DNA of 64,000 nucleotides. Source: Eubacteriales bacterium (GTDB lineage: Bacteria > Bacillota > Clostridia > Oscillospirales > CAG-272). The position numbers and the translations under genes were made by a program. Of the stretch, positions 47,864 to 56,286 are shown one piece after another; the first letter of the stretch is position 1; each line of letters starts with the position of its first letter. Location of the stretch: NCBI GenBank assembly GCA_045612665.1, contig JAZKZO010000038.1, positions 14,545-78,544 of the forward strand. Direction: 5' to 3'. Under the pieces are notes generated by a model. The model did not search any database, was not told the DNA's origin, and saw only the letters and a list, made by a program, of their open reading frames with translations.

Positions 47864-47917
47864 AAAAAGGAAATGTAAAAACAAAAGGTACGATTATTTC
47901 GTTTTGAAAGGCAACGC

Positions 47918-48070
47918 TTATTTTGAGATTTGAAGCTTATAGATTTCAATGCCGAGGGATTGAATTTGCTCGATTGTTTTGTCGTATTCTACCTCGCTTA
48001 AATCCGCCGACATAGCCTTCTTTACGAGATTGTCATATTTTTTGTTAAGCTTTCTAAGTTTAGTTTTCAT
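47918..48070 (-). CDS. small hypothetical protein, 50 aa (below the ORF-track cutoff)
   Basis: Manual translation gives MKTKLRKLNKKYDNLVKKAMSADLSEVEYDKTIEQIQSLGIEIYKLQISK. It has an AAGGAGAA RBS 6 nt upstream, its own promoter (48111..48139) and its own terminator. Confidence 0.6.
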   Translation of the reverse strand: MKTKLRKLNKKYDNLVKKAMSADLSEVEYDKTIEQIQSLGIEIYKLQISK

Positions 48071-48110
48071 TTTAGTTCTCCTTTATGATTGACTTGCTTT
48101 TTACACCTTT

Positions 48111-48139
48111 ATTCTACCACTCAATTTGTGGGTTGTCAA
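48111..48139 (-). promoter_or_regulatory. sigma-A type promoter of the 50-aa gene
   Basis: Minus strand reads TTGACA (48139..48134), 17 nt, TAGAAT (48116..48111). Confidence 0.55.
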
Positions 48140-48216
48140 TCAAACGGTGTCGCAAAAACACGACATCTAAAAAGAGCAAAAAAGATACCTATTGCAAGGG
48201 CAATAGGTATCAAGCT

Positions 48217-49089
48217 TTATGCTTTTTGTATCATTTCGTCAAGACGCTTTACGGCTTTGTTAAGGTCGCAGAGTCCTTTGAGAACCTCGTCCTCGGTTTT
48301 TGCACCTATGCTTGACATATATCTATCAGACTCAAGAGTTAAATAGCCCTGATAATTTGCGCCCTTAAGTGCCTTTGCAACCTCATCCCAAGGAATATTC
48401 ATTGAAAACGGAATTTGGTGTGTATCTCCACGCTTATCGTTATCGTGAATATGGAGCGCCTGCAACGCATCGCCAAGAGCATAAATCATCTGCGAAGCAC
48501 TTGTGTCAAGACCTGCCATTTCCGCGTGTCCGATATCAAGACAAGCAACAAGATACGGGTCGTTTACTGCCTTTATGTGCTTTACAAAATCATCGTGATG
48601 AGAGCAAGCGGCAGCGCACGCTGTGGGTGCGTCCTTTTTCCAGTTCCACATATTCTCAGTCGCGATTTTAACTCCATGCTCCTTAGCAAATGGAAGAAGC
48701 TCGAAATAAAACTCTGCATTCTCCTCTGCGGACTTGTTATTATCGGGGTGAATTATGCAAATTTTACCGCCCGCAACTCCTGTACACTCGATTGCTCTTT
48801 TAAGGTAATCCTTCATACCGGGAACCATTGACGGGAACGGTGCGTGCGATTGATTACAGTGAATTCCGTTGTCCTCGCCTATTTTGCGAAGCTCCTTTGC
48901 AAACTTAATATAATCGGCTTGATTTAGCGGATGTGGCTTATCAATTATTTTATAGGTATTCCAGTCAATGCGTGCCATATCAAACATTGAAAAATCCCAC
49001 GCATCAAAGCCTGCCCTTGCAACAAGCTCGATAGCCTTTTTCTCGCCTACCACCGAGGCGCTTGACCAAGTTTCTGTTGAAGTTTTCAT
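48217..49089 (-). CDS. xylose isomerase-like TIM-barrel protein (sugar phosphate isomerase/epimerase, AP_endonuc_2 fold)
   Basis: Metal-ligand pattern IIHPD, ATENM, CLDIGHA, LHIHDND, GDTHQ, LTLE; 290 aa. Confidence 0.7.
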   Translation of the reverse strand: MKTSTETWSSASVVGEKKAIELVARAGFDAWDFSMFDMARIDWNTYKIIDKPHPLNQADYIKFAKELRKIGEDNGIHCNQSHAPFPSMVPGMKDYLKRAIECTGVAGGKICIIHPDNNKSAEENAEFYFELLPFAKEHGVKIATENMWNWKKDAPTACAAACSHHDDFVKHIKAVNDPYLVACLDIGHAEMAGLDTSASQMIYALGDALQALHIHDNDKRGDTHQIPFSMNIPWDEVAKALKGANYQGYLTLESDRYMSSIGAKTEDEVLKGLCDLNKAVKRLDEMIQKA

Positions 49090-49091
49090 AA

Positions 49092-49769
49092 TTATTCCTC
49101 GTTTACGCTATTCCAATTTATTTCCCTCTCGCCCTTGGATTTTAAAAACTCGTTTGCCCTTGAAAATGGCTTGCTACCGAAAAATCCGTTATAGGCTGAC
49201 AGGGGTGATGGATGCGCGCTTTCTATTATTAAGTGATTTTTATTTGTTATATACTTTTTCTTACTGCGTGCGTTTGCGCCCCACAGTATGAATACAATCG
49301 GCTTATCGTTTTTGTCGAGCTTTTTAATTACCTCGTCGGTGAAAATCGCCCAACCGATATCCTTATGGCTATTAGCCATTCCCTCTCGCACGGTAAGAGT
49401 TGCGTTCAAAAGAAGAACTCCTTGCCTTGCCCACGAGGTAAGCTCTCCGTGATTTGGAATTTTCATTCCGATATCGGAATTTAATTCCTTATAAATATTC
49501 ACAAGCGACGGTGGGATTTTGATGCCCTTTCGCACGGAAAACGAAAGACCGTGCGCCTGTCCTATCTCGTGATAGGGATCTTGCCCCAAAATAACGACCT
49601 TAGTATTACTGTAAGGTGTGTATTTGAGAGCATTGAAAATATCGTGCATAGGTGGAAAAACCGTGCGTGAAAAATACTCGCTTTTTAGAAATTCGCGAAT
49701 GCTTTTATAGTAGTCCTTTTCGAACTCGCCGTCAAGAATTTCGTCCCAGTCGTTGCCAAGATTAACCAT
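49092..49769 (-). CDS. ung: uracil-DNA glycosylase
   Basis: [10 protein letters not shown] water-activating loop and HPSPLSA motif; 225 aa; GGAGGTGG RBS. Confidence 0.95.
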   Translation of the reverse strand: MVNLGNDWDEILDGEFEKDYYKSIREFLKSEYFSRTVFPPMHDIFNALKYTPYSNTKVVILGQDPYHEIGQAHGLSFSVRKGIKIPPSLVNIYKELNSDIGMKIPNHGELTSWARQGVLLLNATLTVREGMANSHKDIGWAIFTDEVIKKLDKNDKPIVFILWGANARSKKKYITNKNHLIIESAHPSPLSAYNGFFGSKPFSRANEFLKSKGEREINWNSVNEE

Positions 49770-49924
49770 TTTGCCACCTCCTACGCTTATATGTTATCAT
49801 TTTCGCGTCAAAAAGTCAATATTTTTGGCTTAATCTCTTGAATTTAACATATTTATATGTTAGAATAGCCTTGTAATGACTATCAAATTATTGATAGAAT
49901 TTTATTTACGAAAGGTATTTTACT

Positions 49925-50647
49925 ATGATTAAAGTTGTTGTATGGAACGAATACGCGCACGAAAAGATTGATGAAAAGGTTCGTGAGGTTTATCCTGACG
50001 GTATTCACAAGGCTATTGCCGATTTTCTTGGCAAAAATGAGGATATCGAGGTAACCACTGCGACTCTCGACGATGAAAACTGCGGTATCACCGATGAGCT
50101 TCTTGCTAACACCGACGTTATGATTTGGTGGGGACACATTAGACACGGCGAGGTTCCTGACGAAATTGCTATAAAGGTTAAGGAAGCCGTTCTTCGCGGA
50201 ATGGGAATGATTTTCCTTCACTCTGCTCACCACTCAAAGCCATTCAAGCTTCTTATGGGTACAACCTGTAATCTCGGTTGGAGAGAAAGCAACGACAAGG
50301 AGCGCCTTTGGGTAATCGACCACAACCATCCTATTATGGAAGGCATTAACGACAGATATTTTGAGCTTGAGGCTGAGGAAACATATACCGAGCCATTCGG
50401 TATTCCTGATCCTGATAAGCTTCTCCTTATCGGCTGGTACAACGGCGGTGAGGTGTTCCGTTCAGGCTGTATTTGGCACAGGGAAAACGGTAAGGTATTC
50501 TATCTCCAGCCAGGACACGAAACCTTCCCAACCTTCTATAATGAAAACATTCAAAAAATCATTACAAACGCAGTAAGATGGGCTAAGCCTGTTTACAGAG
50601 TTCCTGAGCTTATTTGCCCTTGGGTTGCAAGAATTGAGGAAAAATAA
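49925..50647 (+). CDS. ThuA domain-containing protein
   Basis: MIKVVVWNEYAHEK...DVMIWWGH...FLHSAHHSKPF follows the ThuA (trehalose utilisation-like) pattern. Confidence 0.75.
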   Translation: MIKVVVWNEYAHEKIDEKVREVYPDGIHKAIADFLGKNEDIEVTTATLDDENCGITDELLANTDVMIWWGHIRHGEVPDEIAIKVKEAVLRGMGMIFLHSAHHSKPFKLLMGTTCNLGWRESNDKERLWVIDHNHPIMEGINDRYFELEAEETYTEPFGIPDPDKLLLIGWYNGGEVFRSGCIWHRENGKVFYLQPGHETFPTFYNENIQKIITNAVRWAKPVYRVPELICPWVARIEEK

Positions 50648-51675
50648 TGATTAAAGTTGGTATTATCGGCGCAGGCAAAATGTGTCAGAATGGGCATCTT
50701 CCCGCATTTGACAAGCTTGACGAGTGTAAGATTGTTGCTATTTGCGACATAAGCGATGCAAAGCTTGAGCAAATGAAGCAAAGATATCCCGATGCGCACC
50801 TCTATTCCGATTTCAAGGAAATGATTGACAAAGAGGAGCTTGACGCAGTTGACATTTGTACACCTAACAAAATCCACTCTATCGCGGCTGTATATGCGCT
50901 TGAAAAGGGACTTCACGTTCTTTGCGAGAAGCCTGATGCGGTAAGCGTTGCCGAGGCTGAAAAAATGAAAAAGGCATCTGAGGAAAGCGGTAAAACTCTT
51001 ATGGTTATTCGTAACAACCGTTTCCGTCCGTCAACTAAGTTTATGAAGCAATTTATTGCCGACGGCAAGATGGGCGAGATTTACGCAGGACGATGCGGTT
51101 GGATCAGACGTCGCGGAATTCCCGGTTGGGGTGGTTGGTTTACCGACAAGGAGCAAAGCGGTGGCGGACCTCTTATTGACCTCGGTGTACATATAATCGA
51201 CCTTACTATGTATCTTATGGGCAATGCAAAGCCTGTTACCGTAAGTGGCTCTACTTACAAGAAATTCGAGCACACCTCATATTCCAAGATGGATGTTGAG
51301 GACCTTGCTATGGGCTTTATCCGTTTTGACAACGGTGCTTGCCTACAAATTGAGTTCTCTTGGGCTTCGAATATTGCAGGTGATCAAATATTTGTTGAGC
51401 TTCGTGGCGAAAAGGCAGGCTCTCGCTTTAGCGCTATTGACAATAAGCTCGAAATATTCACAGAGGAATACGGAAGCAATGTAACAGTTTCTCCGTCAAT
51501 CAACGACTACAACTGTATGCCACATCACGAGGCGAATATTCGCCACTTCGTTGACGTTATAAATGGCAGATGCGAGCCTGACTTTACTCCTGAGCAGGGT
51601 CTTAATATGGTTAAGATTCTCGAGGCGCTTTATAAATCCGCTGAAACGGGACACGAAATCAGTCTTGTTGACTAA
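50647..51675 (+). CDS. Gfo/Idh/MocA family oxidoreductase
   Basis: MIKVGIIGAGKM Rossmann N-terminus and EKP motif (VLCEKP). The start overlaps the ThuA stop (TAATG). Confidence 0.85.
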   Translation: MIKVGIIGAGKMCQNGHLPAFDKLDECKIVAICDISDAKLEQMKQRYPDAHLYSDFKEMIDKEELDAVDICTPNKIHSIAAVYALEKGLHVLCEKPDAVSVAEAEKMKKASEESGKTLMVIRNNRFRPSTKFMKQFIADGKMGEIYAGRCGWIRRRGIPGWGGWFTDKEQSGGGPLIDLGVHIIDLTMYLMGNAKPVTVSGSTYKKFEHTSYSKMDVEDLAMGFIRFDNGACLQIEFSWASNIAGDQIFVELRGEKAGSRFSAIDNKLEIFTEEYGSNVTVSPSINDYNCMPHHEANIRHFVDVINGRCEPDFTPEQGLNMVKILEALYKSAETGHEISLVD

Positions 51676-51681
51676 AAAATC

Positions 51682-51712
51682 AAAAGAGCTTGCGCTTGCA
51701 AGCTCTTTTATT
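51682..51712 (+). terminator. intrinsic terminator
   Basis: aaaagagcttgc-gctt-gcaagctctttt followed by a T-run. Confidence 0.7.
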
Positions 51713-51776
51713 TTACTATTGATTTTTGTGGGCATTTGTGCTAAAATGATAAAAACGATATTTTAGGGGGTAAATT

Positions 51777-52601
51777 ATGGGAGTTGTAATTGGAATTGAT
51801 ATCGGTGGAAGCACAACTAAAATCGTGGGCTTTAATAGCGAAAAGAAGCTTATTGCGCCTATGTGTGTAACTGCTAACGATCCTGTAACCTCAATTTACG
51901 GTGCTTTCGGTAAGTTTACCGAGGAAAATAATTTAGAGCTTTCAGACATTGAAAAGGTAATGATTACGGGTGTTGGCTCGTCATTCATTTCCAAGCCTAT
52001 ATATAATCTTGATTGCGAGGCTACTCCCGAATTTCGTGGAATCGGTCTTGGCGGTCTTTATCTCTCGGGCTTTGAGGATGCGATAATCGTAAGCATGGGA
52101 ACAGGTACTGCTCTTGTACACGCAGTTAAGGGCAATGCACCTATTTATCTTGGCGGTACAGGCGTTGGTGGTGGTACTCTTATGGGGCTTTCCAAAAAGA
52201 TGCTTGGACTTGACACCATTGCTCATATTGACGATATTGCAAGCAGAGGTAATCTTGACAACGTTGACCTTAAGGTTGGCGACCTTTCAAAGAAAAGCGC
52301 AGGTCTTAGCGGTGAGCTTACCGCTTCTAACTTCGGACGTGTTAGTGATATTGCATCAAAGGACGATATTGCGCTTGGTCTAATCAACATGGTATTCGAA
52401 ACTGTCGGTATGATGGCTGTATTTGCGGCACGTCAGCACGGAATTCGTGATATTGTTCTAACAGGAAACCTTACGCAAATGTCGCAGTCAAAGAACGTTA
52501 TAGATATGTTTAATAAGCATTTCGACGTGAATATGGTAATCCCCGAAAACGCACAGTTTTCAACGGTTATCGGTGCTGCTCTTTCGTATTTTGATAAATA
52601 A
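51777..52601 (+). CDS. coaW: type II pantothenate kinase
   Basis: IGIDIGGSTTKIV, SMGTGTA, GGTGVGGGTLMGL, NVDLKVGDL, ELTASNFG and NAQFSTVIGAAL align with recalled Staphylococcus CoaW motifs. Confidence 0.85.
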   Translation: MGVVIGIDIGGSTTKIVGFNSEKKLIAPMCVTANDPVTSIYGAFGKFTEENNLELSDIEKVMITGVGSSFISKPIYNLDCEATPEFRGIGLGGLYLSGFEDAIIVSMGTGTALVHAVKGNAPIYLGGTGVGGGTLMGLSKKMLGLDTIAHIDDIASRGNLDNVDLKVGDLSKKSAGLSGELTASNFGRVSDIASKDDIALGLINMVFETVGMMAVFAARQHGIRDIVLTGNLTQMSQSKNVIDMFNKHFDVNMVIPENAQFSTVIGAALSYFDK

Positions 52602-52604
52602 TAG

Positions 52605-52636
52605 AAAATCGACACTCAAGCGAGTGTCGATTTTTT
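52605..52636 (+). terminator. intrinsic terminator
   Basis: aaaatcgacactc-aagc-gagtgtcgatttttt. Confidence 0.75.
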
Positions 52637-52731
52637 GTTTTAAAGAAGAGTGTTTAGGCAAAGCAACGCAGTATAATAAAGCATAAACCTCTAAAAAAGC
52701 AGACTCTTATGAGCCTGCTTTTTGTTGTTAT

Positions 52732-54534
52732 TTATTCTTCGTCTTCCTTTGCGAAGTAATCCTTAAGATTACCAACTGTTGTGCTCTCGTTTGTAACGGA
52801 GTCAAGAGTTACTGTGTAAAGGGTTGTGTTTCCAAGAGTTACACTCTTATCTGCGCAAGGAGTGATTTGTGATTGAACGAATTCAACGTTGCCATCGCCA
52901 TCACACACGTAAAGTGCCATTACGAGTGAAGCGTTTCTTGCACTGTCAACAAAGCCTGTAACGTGAACGCTAAGGTTCTTGTATGCGATACCTGTCATAT
53001 CAACCTGCAAATACTTCTCTGCGTTTACCTTGCCGTCCTTAAAGAAGGAGTCCTTCTCGGAGAGGAACGTTGGGCTAACCATCATTACGCCAAAGGTGAT
53101 TTTGTTATCCTTGTTTATTCTATTGTACTCTGCAACCAATTCAGGAACTACCGAGTAGCCTGCTGAAATGCCGTCAGCTCCCTTTGTTGAGAAGCCTATT
53201 GCTACAAAGATTGCATCCTTGCTAGCGGTGATATTTCCACAGGTGCACTTTTCGGAGTTTTGACAAATGTATGTGTAAACGCCTGCCTGTGCAAAGCCGT
53301 TTTCATACACGAGAGTTTCGAGATAGTTGTGATTTTCAAATTTAGCCTCGATTGCTTCCTCAAGACCGCAAACCTTACAGTCAGCGTTCTTTGTGCAGTC
53401 GTTTGCATTATCTACTGCTGTGTGAACACTGTTGTTATAAGCCTCGCAATAGCTATAATTATAGATTGCGTACTTACCACTGTTCTTTTGCTCATCGCTG
53501 AGCTTGAGATAATCTGCATAGGAAATAACGTTTGCATATTCTCCGTTTTCTCCAAGTGCGCCAACAACATCAAAAAATGCTGTGTTTCCTGTTGCTGATG
53601 TGCTAGCAATAAGAGCTTTAAGCTGATCCTTTGTACCAACAAAGCAGATTTTTTTGAGATTGTTACAGCTAAGAAAGGCGTTATCGCCAATTGATGTGGT
53701 TGTTCCGTTTACATAGACAGTTTGAAGATTTGTGCAATTTTTAAATGCGTTTGTAGGCATTGTTGCAATATTTTCAGGGAACATAAAATAGGTGTTCGGA
53801 TTTCCCTGGAAAACCCAGTCGCCAAGAGAGGTTACTGTACTTGGAAGTTTCAAACCAACAATAGGAACTCCTGCAAGTGTACCACCACCATTAAGAGTTA
53901 CAAGTTGAGTATGGGAAAGATCAAGCACCTGTCCTGGAAATAGCGAGCTACAACCACTGAACTGTTGACCATCTCTTGAATTCTTCCACGAGGTCAAATC
54001 CTCGAAATTTATATATTTGAGAGCGCTACAACCATTAAAGCTTTGAGCAAAAATACCATCCGTATCAAGTCTAAGATAAACATACTCAAGCTTTTTAGCA
54101 CCACTAAAAAGCCATTTAAAACTTTTTATCGGATTTCCAATATTTGTATGACCGCCTTCTGCATAGTTTGAAATAACATCATCGTCCATCATATTGACAA
54201 CAACAAATTTTTCTTTACTAACACTAGTTGCATCTTCAAATGTAATGCCAACACCTGTTACCTCGCCCCACGACTTGGTGTACCATCTAACCTGCGAATC
54301 ATCAGTACGAATAGAGGAATAAACGTTTTTGCCGTTTCCATCAGTACCACTGATATACCAAATAAGAGCCTCTCTATCTTGGTCGTATAGCGGAAGAACC
54401 GTTCCGTCGTTAAGAGTTACTGTTTCATCATAGTTAACTGTGTTTTCGTTATGAACGCTATCGGCTGATACTGCAAAAGCAAGCATCAAGGCAATAGCCA
54501 AAGCAACAACGAAAGTCAAAAATATTTTCTTCAT
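52732..54534 (-). CDS. secreted BspA-type leucine-rich repeat protein with a Cys-rich C-terminal module
   Basis: Signal peptide MKKIFLTFVVALAIALMLAFAVSA. LRR_5-like units (for example CSALKYINFEDL, CTNLQTVYVNGTTTSIGDNAF, CNNLKKICF). ATG 54534. Confidence 0.7.
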   Translation of the reverse strand: MKKIFLTFVVALAIALMLAFAVSADSVHNENTVNYDETVTLNDGTVLPLYDQDREALIWYISGTDGNGKNVYSSIRTDDSQVRWYTKSWGEVTGVGITFEDATSVSKEKFVVVNMMDDDVISNYAEGGHTNIGNPIKSFKWLFSGAKKLEYVYLRLDTDGIFAQSFNGCSALKYINFEDLTSWKNSRDGQQFSGCSSLFPGQVLDLSHTQLVTLNGGGTLAGVPIVGLKLPSTVTSLGDWVFQGNPNTYFMFPENIATMPTNAFKNCTNLQTVYVNGTTTSIGDNAFLSCNNLKKICFVGTKDQLKALIASTSATGNTAFFDVVGALGENGEYANVISYADYLKLSDEQKNSGKYAIYNYSYCEAYNNSVHTAVDNANDCTKNADCKVCGLEEAIEAKFENHNYLETLVYENGFAQAGVYTYICQNSEKCTCGNITASKDAIFVAIGFSTKGADGISAGYSVVPELVAEYNRINKDNKITFGVMMVSPTFLSEKDSFFKDGKVNAEKYLQVDMTGIAYKNLSVHVTGFVDSARNASLVMALYVCDGDGNVEFVQSQITPCADKSVTLGNTTLYTVTLDSVTNESTTVGNLKDYFAKEDEE

Positions 54535-54583
54535 AAAAGTCCTTTCTTGCGATAAATCGCGTATGATATAATTCCACATAATA

Positions 54584-54613
54584 ATTTTACCATATATTAC
54601 GCGCACTTGTCAA
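54584..54613 (-). promoter_or_regulatory. candidate sigma-A promoter of the LRR protein gene
   Basis: Minus strand reads TTGACA (54613..54608), 18 nt, TAAAAT (54589..54584). Confidence 0.5.
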
Positions 54614-54632
54614 TATGCACAATAAACGAAAT

Positions 54633-54641
54633 CCCCCCCCC
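54633..54641. repeat. homopolymeric C9 tract (G9 on the gene strand)
   Basis: Nine consecutive C, 19 nt upstream of the -35 of the LRR gene promoter. Confidence 0.9.
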
Positions 54642-54838
54642 GATTTTTGTGCTTTTTGCACAAAAATATCCAACTCGACCGTTTAGGGTGGCATAGAATG
54701 CGGAATTCGGAATGCGTATACGAGCGAAAGCAAGTATCAAGGTTCCAAGCGTGAAAATGTATTTGATTTTCACAAGCTACGTAGTAGCCTGTTCGAAAGA
54801 ACAGCGAGCTTGGGTTCTTCAATGCGGTTTTTATTTAC

Positions 54839-54873
54839 AAAAACACACTCAACGCTTGGTTGAGTGTGTTTTC
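54839..54873. terminator. bidirectional intrinsic terminator
   Basis: aaaacacactcaac-gcttg-gttgagtgtgtttt. Confidence 0.75.
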
Positions 54874-54874
54874 G

Positions 54875-55537
54875 TTATATTGTTTCGAGGAATTCTAGAA
54901 GAAATTTCGCCAAAATTTTGTGTCCTGCATCGTTTGGATGGAGTCCGTCGGGGGCGCAATCTCTTCTAAAATCGTTATCATTTATTGGCATTTCGTTGTT
55001 TGTAAAGAGGTCGAGGACCGGAATTGAATAGAGGGCGCAAGCCTCCTTTACTGCCGTAACGTAGTCGCAAAGGTTATGCTGTACTACTCCGTCGGGCTTC
55101 CAAGTGCCAAGTCCACCACACTCGTTCCAACGGTGCAACGGTGCGATAAAGGCGATTTTTGCGTTTGGATATTTCTTTATAAGCAATTCGCAAAGAACGC
55201 GCACAGCACCGTAAAATGTGAACATTGTTGTATCGGTGATTTCTCCGAGTGGAGCTTGACCGTTACCGTAATCGTTTGTACCACCGAAAACGACAATCAA
55301 ATCGGCATCATCATCCATTTCATCGGCACGGCGAATAAAATCGTAATCTCTGCCGTCGGGGTCTTTGATTTCGCTTTGGCGCGCTATTCGCGTTCCACCC
55401 TTACCATAGTTACGCACTACGGCAAGTCCTGCATTTTCCTTTAAAACTCCGTGAAAAACATTCTCTTGCGAGGTTGTTCCACAGCCCTCGGTTATGCTAT
55501 CACCAAGAAAGTTCGCTTTTATTCCCTTTAAAATCAT
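54875..55537 (-). CDS. SGNH/GDSL hydrolase family protein
   Basis: FLGDSITEG block I, FGGTNDYG block III and DGLHPNDAGH block V. Confidence 0.85.
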   Translation of the reverse strand: MILKGIKANFLGDSITEGCGTTSQENVFHGVLKENAGLAVVRNYGKGGTRIARQSEIKDPDGRDYDFIRRADEMDDDADLIVVFGGTNDYGNGQAPLGEITDTTMFTFYGAVRVLCELLIKKYPNAKIAFIAPLHRWNECGGLGTWKPDGVVQHNLCDYVTAVKEACALYSIPVLDLFTNNEMPINDNDFRRDCAPDGLHPNDAGHKILAKFLLEFLETI

Positions 55538-55539
55538 AA

Positions 55540-56205
55540 TTAGAGGTTCTCCAAGAACTTTTGAAGCTTATGTGCAATAAGCTCGTGTCCTGCATCGTTT
55601 GGATGGAGTCCATCGGGCATATGTCCCTCACACCAAGCCCAAACCTGTCCGTACATTCCGCTTTCCTTATAGAGGTCAAGAACAGGAATTGAATAGAATT
55701 CGCAAACCTCTCTTATAGCCTGTACGAAATCAGAAAGTGGGCGTGCGTTTGTGTTGCCTGCCGAAACTCTATTGTTGTGGTCAAGCACCTCGTTTAATCT
55801 ATGTAGAGGTGTCATAAAGATAATTGGCTTTGAAATATATGTTTTGATAAGATAAAGGCAAAGCGTGTGAAGTCCACCGTAGAAGGTGTGAACATCTCTA
55901 TCGTCCATTGTTCCGAGTGGAATTGTGCCGTGTCCGAAGTCGTTAGTACCACCGAAAACAACGATTGCATCTGCATCTTGATCCATTGAGGGTGCGCGAA
56001 GGTTGAAGTCTTGATCGAATTGATGATCGGTAACAACGGGCAAGCGTGCGATTTTTGTTCCACCGAGTCCGTAGTTTCTTGCCTCGGCAAGTCCGCAATT
56101 TGCCTTCAAAAGCTGATGATAAGGCTTTGTGCCCCAATCGCTTGTTCCGTGTCCTTCGGTTATGCTATCTCCGAGGAAGTTAAATTTCTTTCCCTTAAGT
56201 TCCAT
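55540..56205 (-). CDS. SGNH/GDSL hydrolase family protein (tandem paralog)
   Basis: FLGDSITEG, FGGTNDFG and DGLHPNDAGH. Confidence 0.85.
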   Translation of the reverse strand: MELKGKKFNFLGDSITEGHGTSDWGTKPYHQLLKANCGLAEARNYGLGGTKIARLPVVTDHQFDQDFNLRAPSMDQDADAIVVFGGTNDFGHGTIPLGTMDDRDVHTFYGGLHTLCLYLIKTYISKPIIFMTPLHRLNEVLDHNNRVSAGNTNARPLSDFVQAIREVCEFYSIPVLDLYKESGMYGQVWAWCEGHMPDGLHPNDAGHELIAHKLQKFLENL

Positions 56206-56286
56206 TTTATTCTCCTAAAAATCAAAAAAGTTAGTGGGTTTCCCCACTAACTATTTTAACATATTTGGTATATTTTTCAATACCTT

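Noticed and set aside
54610-54969. 70-aa (-) and 85-aa (+) ORFs in the LRR/SGNH intergenic region
   Set aside because: They have no RBS and odd composition. One runs through the C9 tract, and the other overlaps the terminator and the 3' end of the SGNH gene. The region is treated as non-coding.
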